DNA of 64,000 bases from Candidatus Lutacidiplasmatales archaeon (GTDB taxonomy: Archaea; Thermoplasmatota; Thermoplasmata; Lutacidiplasmatales; UBA184). Shown here piece after piece: positions 39,409 through 47,806 of this stretch. How positions within the stretch are numbered: the stretch's first letter is position 1; the number at the start of each line of letters is the position of its first letter. The DNA lies in contig JBIOKR010000005.1 in assembly GCA_044451945.1 (NCBI GenBank), positions 4,573 to 68,572 of the forward strand, written 5' to 3'. The notes beneath the pieces are model-generated. The model did not search any database. It had not been told where the DNA came from and saw only the letters and a list, made by a program, of their open reading frames with translations. The translations under genes and the position numbers were made by a program.

Positions 39409-39487
39409 GGGCTCCCGGGTCAAAACGGTTCGGACCCGCCCTGTGGGCCGCGACAGGGGCTGCGGGACTCGCGACCCGCCGGAGCCC
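39409..39487. other. Perfect four-stem cloverleaf-like structure (79 nt), function unknown
   Basis: Stems: GGGCTCC/GGAGCCC (39409-15/39481-87), CGGGTC/GACCCG, CCCTGT/ACAGGG and GCGGG/CCCGC. Confidence 0.4.
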
Positions 39488-39541
39488 GATCCGGCCATCC
39501 ACCGCGGATCGCCATCGAGCCGGAGCCTCGGGCGGGCGGAG

Positions 39542-39625
39542 CGCTGAGGGGGAGATTTGAACTCCCGTGGCGTTGCCGCCACCAGCTTTCAAGGCTGGCG
39601 CCTTGCCGGGCTAGGCTACCTCAGC
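39542..39625 (-). tRNA. tRNA-Ser(TGA)
   Basis: Acceptor GCTGAGG/CCTCAGC, anticodon arm CCAGC-CTTGAAA-GCTGG, long variable arm, T arm GGGAG-TTCAAAT-CTCCC, discriminator G. Confidence 0.95.
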
Positions 39626-39844
39626 ATCCGTCCATTCGAAGGCACGCCCTTCTCTTGGCACTTTCCGCGCACCGGCCGACACCGCGGGTCCGACATCGTG
39701 GAGCCAAGAGGCGATGGTCTTGCCGGGGAGCCACCCCTCGTCGGGTACCCGGCCTCCGTCCGACCTCCCGATATAGGATCCCCGGGGGGAGCTCTGCGCG
39801 AGGAAGCGGGGTCGGGCGGAGGTCCGGCGCCGCCCCCGGCGGAG

Positions 39845-39947
39845 TGCAGGCGCCGGGAATTTCGCGACGGACGCCTCGGCGTTCCGCCGGTTCGAACCCG
39901 GGTGGTCAGCTTGGAAGGCTGACATCCTACCGCTAGATTACACCTGC
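39845..39947 (-). tRNA. tRNA-Gly(TCC) with a 32-nt non-canonical intron (39859-39890) at position 59/60
   Basis: Acceptor GCAGGTG/CGCCTGC, anticodon arm TCAGC-CTTCCAA-GCTGA, T arm CCGGG-TTCGAA^T-CCCGG interrupted by a strict bulge-helix-bulge. Confidence 0.92.
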
Positions 39948-39987
39948 ATCGGGGACGCCGGACCGCCGGTTCCAAGGGCTGCGCCGA

Positions 39988-40557
39988 CTAATGCTTTTCT
40001 GCCGGCTTCGCGCCGGAGCGCGCGGGGGCGAGGTCGACGAAGGCGACGCGCTCGAGCACGAGGCCCTCCCATCCGGCCTCGGGGACGACACCGCGCTCGA
40101 CCTCGGTGATCCCGAGCCGCTCGAGCACGCTCGCTCCCAGCGCGCGCGGATACACCGCCGGGTCGGCGACGAGCCCGAATTCCCCCAACAGCCCCTCCAG
40201 CTCCCGGGGCTTCTCGACGACCAGGACGAACTCTTCGGTCTGGGGGGCGACGCCGACCTTGGCGAGGGCCCTGGGAAGCTGGTCGTCCCCGGCGACGTAA
40301 AGGGCGAGCTCCGCGCCCCGGTCCCTGAGACGCGACTCTCCGCGACTCCTCGACCTGCCGAGGTGGGCCCAGGCGGAGTAGAGGTGGCGCTCCCCGGCGA
40401 TCGACCCGGCGTCGAAGAGGGCGACGAGACCCTCTCCGGCCGCCGCGAGCCTTCGAAGCGTTGCGACGAGCTCGGCGCTCGAAGGCGCCGGGGGATGGGC
40501 TCGGCGCGCTCCGACCGCCCTAAGGCTGCGCCCTTCGACGGGAGGTAAAGGGGCCAT
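39988..40557 (-). CDS. cgi121: KEOPS complex subunit Cgi121
   Basis: FDAGSIAGERHLYSA, ELALYVAGDDQLPRALAKVG, and C-terminal LVLERVA. Confidence 0.8.
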   Translation of the reverse strand: MAPLPPVEGRSLRAVGARRAHPPAPSSAELVATLRRLAAAGEGLVALFDAGSIAGERHLYSAWAHLGRSRSRGESRLRDRGAELALYVAGDDQLPRALAKVGVAPQTEEFVLVVEKPRELEGLLGEFGLVADPAVYPRALGASVLERLGITEVERGVVPEAGWEGLVLERVAFVDLAPARSGAKPAEKH

Positions 40558-40569
40558 GGGAACTTGGGC

Positions 40570-41178
40570 TCACTCCGCCATGAAGCGCGCGAACTCTTCC
40601 CTTGAGCGGGGCTTGAGCGTGTAGTTCTCCTCCCGCTCGCGGCCGACGGTGCTCGTCGGCGTCGCCCCGTAGTCGTGCCCGGGGAGGATGATGAGCCCGG
40701 GCTCGAGCGCGGCCAATCGCTGCAGGCTGTCGTAGAGCCTTCTCGGGTCGCCGCCGGGAGCGCGGACCGCTCCGCACTCGCCGACGAACAGCGTGTCGCC
40801 GGTCGCGAGGTGGCCCTCGAATCGGTAGGTGACGCTGTCCTGGGTGTGGCCGGGGGTATAGAGCACGGCGACCGTCATGCGCTCGATCTCGACATGGTCG
40901 CCCTCGTCCACGCTGACCTCCTGGGCGAGCGGCGCGAGCTTGTGGGCGACGACCTTGGCGCCGGTGCGGGACCGGATCTCGCCGTTGCCCGCGGTGTGGT
41001 CCTGGTGGCTGTGCGTGTTGAAGATGTAGCGAACCTTGACGCGGTGCCGGTCGATCGCCTCGAGGACCGGTTCCACGCCGTACGAGGGGTCGATGACCGC
41101 TCCCGTCCCGCCCTCGGCGTCCGCGACCAAGTAGGTGAAGTTCTGCAGCGGACCGATGACGAACTGCTCGAGCAGCAC
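40570..41178 (-). CDS. MBL-fold hydrolase (glyoxalase II / ETHE1-like)
   Basis: NFTYL, THSHQDH, TPGHT, TGDTLF and PGHDYG. Confidence 0.88.
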   Translation of the reverse strand: MLLEQFVIGPLQNFTYLVADAEGGTGAVIDPSYGVEPVLEAIDRHRVKVRYIFNTHSHQDHTAGNGEIRSRTGAKVVAHKLAPLAQEVSVDEGDHVEIERMTVAVLYTPGHTQDSVTYRFEGHLATGDTLFVGECGAVRAPGGDPRRLYDSLQRLAALEPGLIILPGHDYGATPTSTVGREREENYTLKPRSREEFARFMAE

Positions 41179-41588
41179 AGTGGTTCGAGCGGGGTTCGCT
41201 ATTTGACCGTGGGGGGCCTGTTCGGACCCTGGGCGTCGCGGCCTGCGACAGGATCACCGCCCACCTCCCGAGTCCCGATGCCGGTGAAGCGGTGGGCCTC
41301 TCGGGGTACATGATCAGATGGCCAGGAGCCGCCGACCGGCTCTGCGACCGGGGGTTCACTAGTTTGGGACCGCGCGCCACCGGCCTGGGCTGCCCGCCCG
41401 TGCCGTTGATCGACATGAAGTCGGCCATGTGGACCTAGAGCGGACTCGGACGTCGCGGGCACGGCACCAGGAGCGGCAGTCTCACGAAAAAGGTGTGCAA
41501 GGAGACAAACACTCCTTTGTGCCCTGGCCGGCTCGGTCCGACCCTTGTCGATACGTGTATCTACTCAAAGCCGTTGGCCGGAAAGGCC

Positions 41589-42704
41589 ATGTTGCTCGAG
41601 AGCCGCCGGCGCCGGATCCTAGTTCGCCGCATCGCCATCGCCCTCACCCCGGTCTGCGCAGTGGCGCTTCTGCTCTTCCCGGCGATGCCCGCGGCCGGAC
41701 TCTCGAGTCTCGGGATCTCAACCTCCACTGCAGTCCATCCATCCGCCGCGGCGACCTGGACCAACCTCACAAGTAGCCTGACGACCAACCCCGGATACCG
41801 CGCCACGGGCGGCTTCGCTTGGGACGCTAATCTGGCACGAGGAGTTCTCTTCGGAGGGTACGTTCAGTCGTACCCCGGGGGCCCCGCGTACCTCACCAAC
41901 GACACCTGGACGTACTCCGGCAGCTGGACGAACATCAGTGCTCGATTCTCGGTGGCACCTTCGCCCCGATTCATCGGTGAAGCGATGGTCTACGACGCGA
42001 AGGACGGCTATGTTCTCCTGTTCGGCGGACTCTCGGGGTACAACTCCGGGCTTGGCGACACGTGGAAGTTCACGCACGCGGGCTGGAAGGACCTCTCCGC
42101 CGCCGTCGGGTTGGCCCCTTCGCCGCGCTTTGGTCCCAGCGTCACCTACGACACCGCGACCCAAAAGGTGCTGCTCTTCGGGGGTTGCCCCTACATCGGC
42201 TCATCTACCTGCTACAACGATACGTGGACCTATTCCGGGGGCAAGTGGACGAACCTCTCCCTGAGCGCAGGACCCAGCCCCCGACGCGGCGCCCAAATGG
42301 CTTACGACCCCGTAACCAAAGTGGTCCTGCTCCAAGGCGGGGTGAACGGCGCGGGAACCGGCCTCAGCGACAGCTGGCTCTTCCAGCACGGTTCGTGGCA
42401 TAAGCTCAACCCGAAGGTGGTCCCCCCGGCCCACTGGCTCGGGGTGATGACCTTCGACCCGGCGCGCCATGTGATCATCATGTTCGGAGGTTGCATCACG
42501 GTCGGCTGTGGCAACGACATCAACGGAACCTGGTCGTTCGCCTTCGGTCAATGGACCAATCTCTCCGGCGGACTCACCCATGCCCCACCTACCACGGGAA
42601 GCACGATGGGGGTCTACGACCCGAAGACATCGAGCGTCATAGCTTTCGGCGGGCAGACCACCTCCGCGGGGACGCTCATGAATCAGACCTGGTCCTACGG
42701 CTAG
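41589..42704 (+). CDS. Secreted Kelch-repeat beta-propeller protein
   Basis: Signal peptide, then about 6 repeats of PSPR...YD....VLLFGG...DTW.Y...WTNLS. Confidence 0.85.
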   Translation: MLLESRRRRILVRRIAIALTPVCAVALLLFPAMPAAGLSSLGISTSTAVHPSAAATWTNLTSSLTTNPGYRATGGFAWDANLARGVLFGGYVQSYPGGPAYLTNDTWTYSGSWTNISARFSVAPSPRFIGEAMVYDAKDGYVLLFGGLSGYNSGLGDTWKFTHAGWKDLSAAVGLAPSPRFGPSVTYDTATQKVLLFGGCPYIGSSTCYNDTWTYSGGKWTNLSLSAGPSPRRGAQMAYDPVTKVVLLQGGVNGAGTGLSDSWLFQHGSWHKLNPKVVPPAHWLGVMTFDPARHVIIMFGGCITVGCGNDINGTWSFAFGQWTNLSGGLTHAPPTTGSTMGVYDPKTSSVIAFGGQTTSAGTLMNQTWSYG

Positions 42705-42882
42705 GTCGCGGTGGCAACCCCAGCCTGGTCAACTGAGCCCCCCTAGGGAGCCTTCACCGGGCGCCCGTGAGGCCTATATTGAACCCGCGGGGCGGCTGCT
42801 CATTGGAGAGCCTCTAGCTTCGGCGGTTGCGGGGCCCCGTCGGTCCGCTGTCGATAGTTCGACGAGAATCGGCCGCTCGTCC

Positions 42883-43803
42883 CTACGGCGCGCCGGCGTC
42901 CGTCTCCTGGGGGTCGGCGGACGAGCGCGCGCCGGTCACCGCGTCCAGGACCACGCGTCCCTGCGCACCTTCGATGTACCAGTACGGGGCGTGGACGAGG
43001 GTCGGGGTTCCGATCCTCAGGTCGTCGTGACCCGGGGGAACGCGGCGACGCTCGATCACGAGAGCCCCGCCGTGCTGCTCGGTGTGGTCGACCCAGACGG
43101 TGTGCCGCCGCTTGAGCGAGAGCTCGGCCCGCTGGAACGCATCCTCGGCGGAGATCACGGGTTCGAGGCGCTGGTGCGCTCCCTCTAGGTCGGCGACCAG
43201 CTCCCGGTCCCCTACCTCCCAGACCTCGGAGCGTCCGGAGAGCGCGTTGACGGCGACCAGGTGATCGCTGACTGCGCCCGCTCCGCCGTGGGCCGAGGCG
43301 ACGCGCACCCGATACGGCGCGACGAAGAACGGGACGAGGCGCAGCGTGAACCGGAACCCCTCGACGCCCGCGAGCGCCTCGGCTTCGGCCCGCCCGAGGC
43401 GGGGGCCGACGACCCGCTCCCCTTCGGGGAAAAGTCCCGGAGGCGTCTCCACGGGAGGTGGATGGCTCCCCTCCGGGACGGGCTCCGCCGCGCCCGGGAG
43501 GAGAAGGAGCTCCCCCAGCGCCGGCCCGAGGGACGACGGGTCGAGGACCTCGATCCCCCGCTCGGAGGCGAGCTTGCGAGCGACATCCCCCGGGTCCTCG
43601 TCGTAGACGATCGTCCGGTGGAGCGTGTCGGGCGGGAACTCGGATTCGAGCTCGACCGGAGAACGACGGGCGGTCACGAGGATCACGGCGCGTCCGTCCC
43701 GGGGGCGGACCGCCCTCAGTCCGACCTCCCGGTCGTCGAGCCGGTAGCCGGCGGCCTCGAACAGGCGACGGATGAGCGAGGGCTCGGTCGTCGCCACCGC
43801 CAT
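42883..43803 (-). CDS. Conserved-looking hypothetical protein (possible degenerate restriction-endonuclease-like N-terminus)
   Basis: LIRRLFEAAGYRL...RKLASERGIEVLD...LGELLL, followed by a duplicated VPF/APYW...AVNALSG / VLDAVTG pattern. Confidence 0.6.
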   Translation of the reverse strand: MAVATTEPSLIRRLFEAAGYRLDDREVGLRAVRPRDGRAVILVTARRSPVELESEFPPDTLHRTIVYDEDPGDVARKLASERGIEVLDPSSLGPALGELLLLPGAAEPVPEGSHPPPVETPPGLFPEGERVVGPRLGRAEAEALAGVEGFRFTLRLVPFFVAPYRVRVASAHGGAGAVSDHLVAVNALSGRSEVWEVGDRELVADLEGAHQRLEPVISAEDAFQRAELSLKRRHTVWVDHTEQHGGALVIERRRVPPGHDDLRIGTPTLVHAPYWYIEGAQGRVVLDAVTGARSSADPQETDAGAP

Positions 43804-43929
43804 CCGGCGGCGATGGGCTTGCTCAGGATATCTGCCTTTAGTCGAGCCGACGGCGGGGTCCCGGGGGTCAAGGAGCACCGGGAAGGACCGCCGAAACGTT
43901 CATGGACGCCGGGAACCGGTCACCCTTCG

Positions 43930-44742
43930 ATGCCCCACTACCGGGTCGGGTGCATGGGCTGGGGGTACGAGGATTGGTGCGGCCCGTTCTACCCTGCCAA
44001 AGCGGCGCCGATCGAGTTCCTCGGCCGATACTCCCGGGTCTTCGACCTCGCGGAGGTCGATTCGAGCTTCTACCGGGCCCCGAGCCCGTTCCTCGCCCGC
44101 CGTTGGGCGACCAGCACGCCCCCCGGCTTCACCTTCTCGCTCAAGGTCCCGCGGGAGGTCACCCACGCGCCCCCCACCGAGCCGGTCGAGACCGGGATCC
44201 AGAAGTTCCTCTCCGGCATCGCCCCGCTGCGCGAGGCTGGAAAGTTGGGCCCGCTCGTCGCGCAGTTCCCCCCATCCTTCAAGCGTCCCTCGGGAGCTCC
44301 TCGGCTCCAGGCGATCCTCGACGGCATCCCCACGGAGTACTCCCTGGCGGTCGAATTCCGCCACGCCTCCTGGTGGGAGCCGAGCGTCCTCAAGACGCTC
44401 GAGGCTCGAGGAGCGGCGCTCGTTTGGTCCGTGTATCCGACGGTCCGACCCCCCTACGCGGTGACCGGCCCTTTCCTCTATGCCCGGTTCGTCGGCGATC
44501 GGGAGTTGACAGAGTTCGGCCGGATCCAACGCGACCTGAGCGACGAGGTGACGGCGATGCGCCGACACTTCGAGGAGGAGGGTCGCTCGGTGGGCGAAGC
44601 GTTCGTCCTGTTCAACAACCACTTCATGGGGTACGGTCCAGGGACCGCCCGCAGGGCCCAAGAGCTGCTCGACGTTACGCCATCCGACCTCTCGCTCGCG
44701 GGCCGTGACCCCGGTCAGCAGCGTCTCGGGGAACCGGGCTAG
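43930..44742 (+). CDS. DUF72 family protein
   Basis: GCMGWGYEDW.GPFYP, EVDSSFY, FSLKVPREVTH, QFPPSF, AVEFRH and FNNHFMG. Confidence 0.9.
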   Translation: MPHYRVGCMGWGYEDWCGPFYPAKAAPIEFLGRYSRVFDLAEVDSSFYRAPSPFLARRWATSTPPGFTFSLKVPREVTHAPPTEPVETGIQKFLSGIAPLREAGKLGPLVAQFPPSFKRPSGAPRLQAILDGIPTEYSLAVEFRHASWWEPSVLKTLEARGAALVWSVYPTVRPPYAVTGPFLYARFVGDRELTEFGRIQRDLSDEVTAMRRHFEEEGRSVGEAFVLFNNHFMGYGPGTARRAQELLDVTPSDLSLAGRDPGQQRLGEPG

Positions 44743-44745
44743 CGC

Positions 44746-44863
44746 TGCGACGCTCCTCGGCCCGAGGTGCGACCAGACGCTGCGACAATGCGACAACGGT
44801 CGCACGCTGTCGAACCACCGCCGCCCCCGGCCCTTCCGGCGGCCCCGGCCCCCAGGGTGCGAC
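44746..44863. repeat. Array of six TGCGAC hexamers (one inverted), candidate operator
   Basis: TGCGAC at 44746, 44768, 44781, 44789 and 44858; GTCGCA at 44799 (palindrome TGCGAC-aacg-GTCGCA). Confidence 0.6.
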
Positions 44864-44867
44864 AGTC

Positions 44868-45242
44868 GTGGCGGAAGAAACGCCCATAGAGTATTCGGGA
44901 AGGTTCCCCGGGATGAGCGAACTTCAGAGTGAGGTTTTGGAACAGACGAGCCCAGGGGCGTATGCCCTTGGCGACGAAGCCGAATCGATCCCCGAAGAGC
45001 TGGTCAACGACGGCAGCCCGCTGGGCGGATTTCGGTCCGCGGTTTCGGCGTGGGAAGGCCACGTCGGGCGCTGCCGGCGCTGCCGCGACGGTCCGGACGC
45101 CTGTGACAGCGGCCGCTTCCTCGCGCACGAGGTCTACGAGGCGCAGGTCCTGCTCCTGACCTCCCGCACCGGCCCGGAAGGGATCCCGAGCCCGATCACC
45201 GGGCCCCGCCCTCACCCGGTCGTCCCCGGAATCCCCCTATAG
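44868..45242 (+). CDS. Small putative Zn-binding protein (His-Cys3), paralogue of 18675-18929
   Basis: AWEGHVGRCRRCRDGPDACDSG, with an acidic N-terminus. Confidence 0.65.
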   Translation: MAEETPIEYSGRFPGMSELQSEVLEQTSPGAYALGDEAESIPEELVNDGSPLGGFRSAVSAWEGHVGRCRRCRDGPDACDSGRFLAHEVYEAQVLLLTSRTGPEGIPSPITGPRPHPVVPGIPL

Positions 45243-45466
45243 AACCTAGACGCGCCACTCTCTCCTCCCCCCGAGGGGGACGCCGCACCCTCCCGCGGCG
45301 CCCCCTTCCCCCCTCTCTTTTCTGAAATTCTCCGACCCTGGGAGCTGCCGCCCCCGGCCGCGGACTCCGCGCCGCACGCTTCCTCGCCCCCGGCCGGGCC
45401 GCTCGACGGGCGGCGGTTCGAGCGGAAGTCATTTATCTCGAACTCGGGTGCAATCGCCGTCAACAG

Positions 45467-47689
45467 ATGGGGGAGGCAATCACCCTCCGGGTCGCCGAGG
45501 CGTTCCAGCAGGACATCGGGCTCGGCACCGCGCGCCTGGACGTCGGCACCCGCCAGCGCCTGAAGGTCGGGGTCGGCGACATCGTCGAGATCCGCGGCCG
45601 CAAGGTCACCGCCGCCGTGGTCAACCGCGCCCAGCAGGACGACGAGAGCAAGGGGCTCGTCCGCGTTGAGGCGGTCGTCCGTCGCAACGCCGGGGTCAGC
45701 ATCGGCGACCGGGTCATCGTCCAGCGGATCGACTGCCCGATCGCCGAATCGATCACGATCGCCCCGATCTACTCCGGCTCGGCGAAGATGGACCTGGGGC
45801 CGGGGCTCGAATCGTTCGTCTCGAAGGCGCTATCTCGCCGGCCGTTCGTGCGCGGGGACGTCTTCGTGATCCCCGGGGTGTTCCTGATGGGCGGCTCGCT
45901 GCCGTTCATGGTCGTCACGACCGCGCCCAAGGGAACGGTCCAGGTCGGCCCGACGACGCTCATCACGATCAAGGACGAGACCGTCACCGAGACGGAGGTC
46001 GCCGCTCCCCGCGTCGCCTACGAGGATATCGGGGGCCTCAAGGAGAAGTTGGGACGCGTCCGCGAGATGATCGAGCTTCCGCTCAAGCACCCCGAGCTGT
46101 TCGACCGGCTGGCGATCTCCCCGCCGAAGGGGGTCCTTCTCTACGGACCGCCGGGTACCGGAAAGACGCTGATCGCCAAGGCCGTCGCGAACGAGGCCGG
46201 GGCCCACTTCATCGGCATCCAGGGCCCCGAGATCATCTCGAAGTACTACGGGGAGAGCGAGAAGGAGCTCAGGGAGAAGTTCGAGGAGGCGGAGAAGAAC
46301 GCCCCCTCCGTGATCTTCATCGACGAACTCGACTCGATCGCCCCACGCCGTGACGAGGTCGTCGGCGAGGTCGAGCGGCGGGTCGTCGCGCAGCTGCTCA
46401 CGCTCATGGACGGTCTCTCGGGCCGGGGGAACGTCATCGTGATCGCGGCGACCAACCGGGAGGAGGCGATCGACCCCGCCCTCCGACGCCCCGGACGATT
46501 CGACCGGGAGATCGAGATCGGGGTCCCGACGCAGGCCGGCCGGTTGGAGATCCTTCAGATCCACACCCGCGGGATGCCGATCGAGGGGAGCGAGAAGGAG
46601 CGCGAGAAGATCTTGAAAGAGCTCGCGGCGCTCAGTCACGGGTTCGTCGGCGCCGACCTGGCCGCGCTCGGCCGGGAGGCGGCGATGCGCGCGCTGCGGC
46701 GCTTCCTCCCCGAGATCGATTTCGACAAGCCGATCCCGCTCTCGCTGCTCGAGCGGATGAAGGTCAGCGAGAAGGATTTCTTGGAGGCGCTCAAGCAGAT
46801 CGAGCCGTCGAGCCTGCGGGACGTCGCCGTCGAGATCCCGACCACCCGGTGGGAAGAGGTCGGCGGCCTCGACCGGGTTCGGCAGGTGCTGCGCGAATCG
46901 GTCGAGCTGCCGTTCAAGAATCCCGCCGTCTACCGGCACATCGGCATCGACCCGCCCCGCGGGATCCTCCTGTACGGGCCGCCCGGGGTGGGAAAGACGC
47001 TGCTGGCGAAAGCCGCCGCCACCGAGAGCGAGGCGAACTTCATCTCGGTCAAAGGCCCCGAGATCATGAGCAAGTGGGTCGGCGAGAGCGAAAAGGCGAT
47101 CCGGATGATCTTCAAGAAGGCCCGCCAGGCGTCGCCGGCGATCGTCTTCATCGACGAGATCGATTCCATCGCTCCGCGCCGCGGACTGCAGACCTCGAGC
47201 GGGGTCACCGAGCGCATCGTCAACCAGCTGCTCACCTCGATCGACGGCCTCGAGTCGATGGAGAGGGTGCTCGTCCTCGCGGCGACGAACCGTCCGGACA
47301 TCCTCGATGAGGCGCTGCTGCGGACGGGCCGGTTCGACCGGCTGCTCTACGTCGAGCCACCGAGCGTCGAGGGGCGGCTCGAGATCCTCAAGGTGCACAC
47401 CAAGAAGATGCCGATCCAGGACGTCGACTTGAAGGAGCTCGCCCAGCGCACCCAGGGGTACGTCGGGAGCGATCTCGCCGCCGTCTGCCGGGAGGCCGGC
47501 CTCGTGGCGATCCGGGAGAACCTGAAGGCGAACCGCGTGACGATGGCGCATTTCGACGAGGCGCTCAAGCTCACGCACTCCTCCTGCGATTCGGAGACCC
47601 TCAAGTTCTACGAGGACTTCTCCCGGCAGGTCAGCCGGGAGCGCGTCGGCCGCCGTCCGGAAGAGCCGGTGCAGGCGATCTACCGGTAG
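45467..47689 (+). CDS. CDC48/VCP-family AAA+ ATPase (VAT)
   Basis: N-domain and two AAA modules ([16 protein letters not shown]; FIDELD, FIDEID; RPGRFD, RTGRFD). Confidence 0.96.
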   Translation: MGEAITLRVAEAFQQDIGLGTARLDVGTRQRLKVGVGDIVEIRGRKVTAAVVNRAQQDDESKGLVRVEAVVRRNAGVSIGDRVIVQRIDCPIAESITIAPIYSGSAKMDLGPGLESFVSKALSRRPFVRGDVFVIPGVFLMGGSLPFMVVTTAPKGTVQVGPTTLITIKDETVTETEVAAPRVAYEDIGGLKEKLGRVREMIELPLKHPELFDRLAISPPKGVLLYGPPGTGKTLIAKAVANEAGAHFIGIQGPEIISKYYGESEKELREKFEEAEKNAPSVIFIDELDSIAPRRDEVVGEVERRVVAQLLTLMDGLSGRGNVIVIAATNREEAIDPALRRPGRFDREIEIGVPTQAGRLEILQIHTRGMPIEGSEKEREKILKELAALSHGFVGADLAALGREAAMRALRRFLPEIDFDKPIPLSLLERMKVSEKDFLEALKQIEPSSLRDVAVEIPTTRWEEVGGLDRVRQVLRESVELPFKNPAVYRHIGIDPPRGILLYGPPGVGKTLLAKAAATESEANFISVKGPEIMSKWVGESEKAIRMIFKKARQASPAIVFIDEIDSIAPRRGLQTSSGVTERIVNQLLTSIDGLESMERVLVLAATNRPDILDEALLRTGRFDRLLYVEPPSVEGRLEILKVHTKKMPIQDVDLKELAQRTQGYVGSDLAAVCREAGLVAIRENLKANRVTMAHFDEALKLTHSSCDSETLKFYEDFSRQVSRERVGRRPEEPVQAIYR

Positions 47690-47806
47690 CGTCGGCGCGA
47701 CGCGCGCCGGCACCTCGATTTTCGGCGGGTAAGCTATATGTAGTGAGGCAAGGTTGCGCGCCGAGTTCCCCGATGGGGAACTTGGAACAAGGGGACGTGG
47801 AACACG

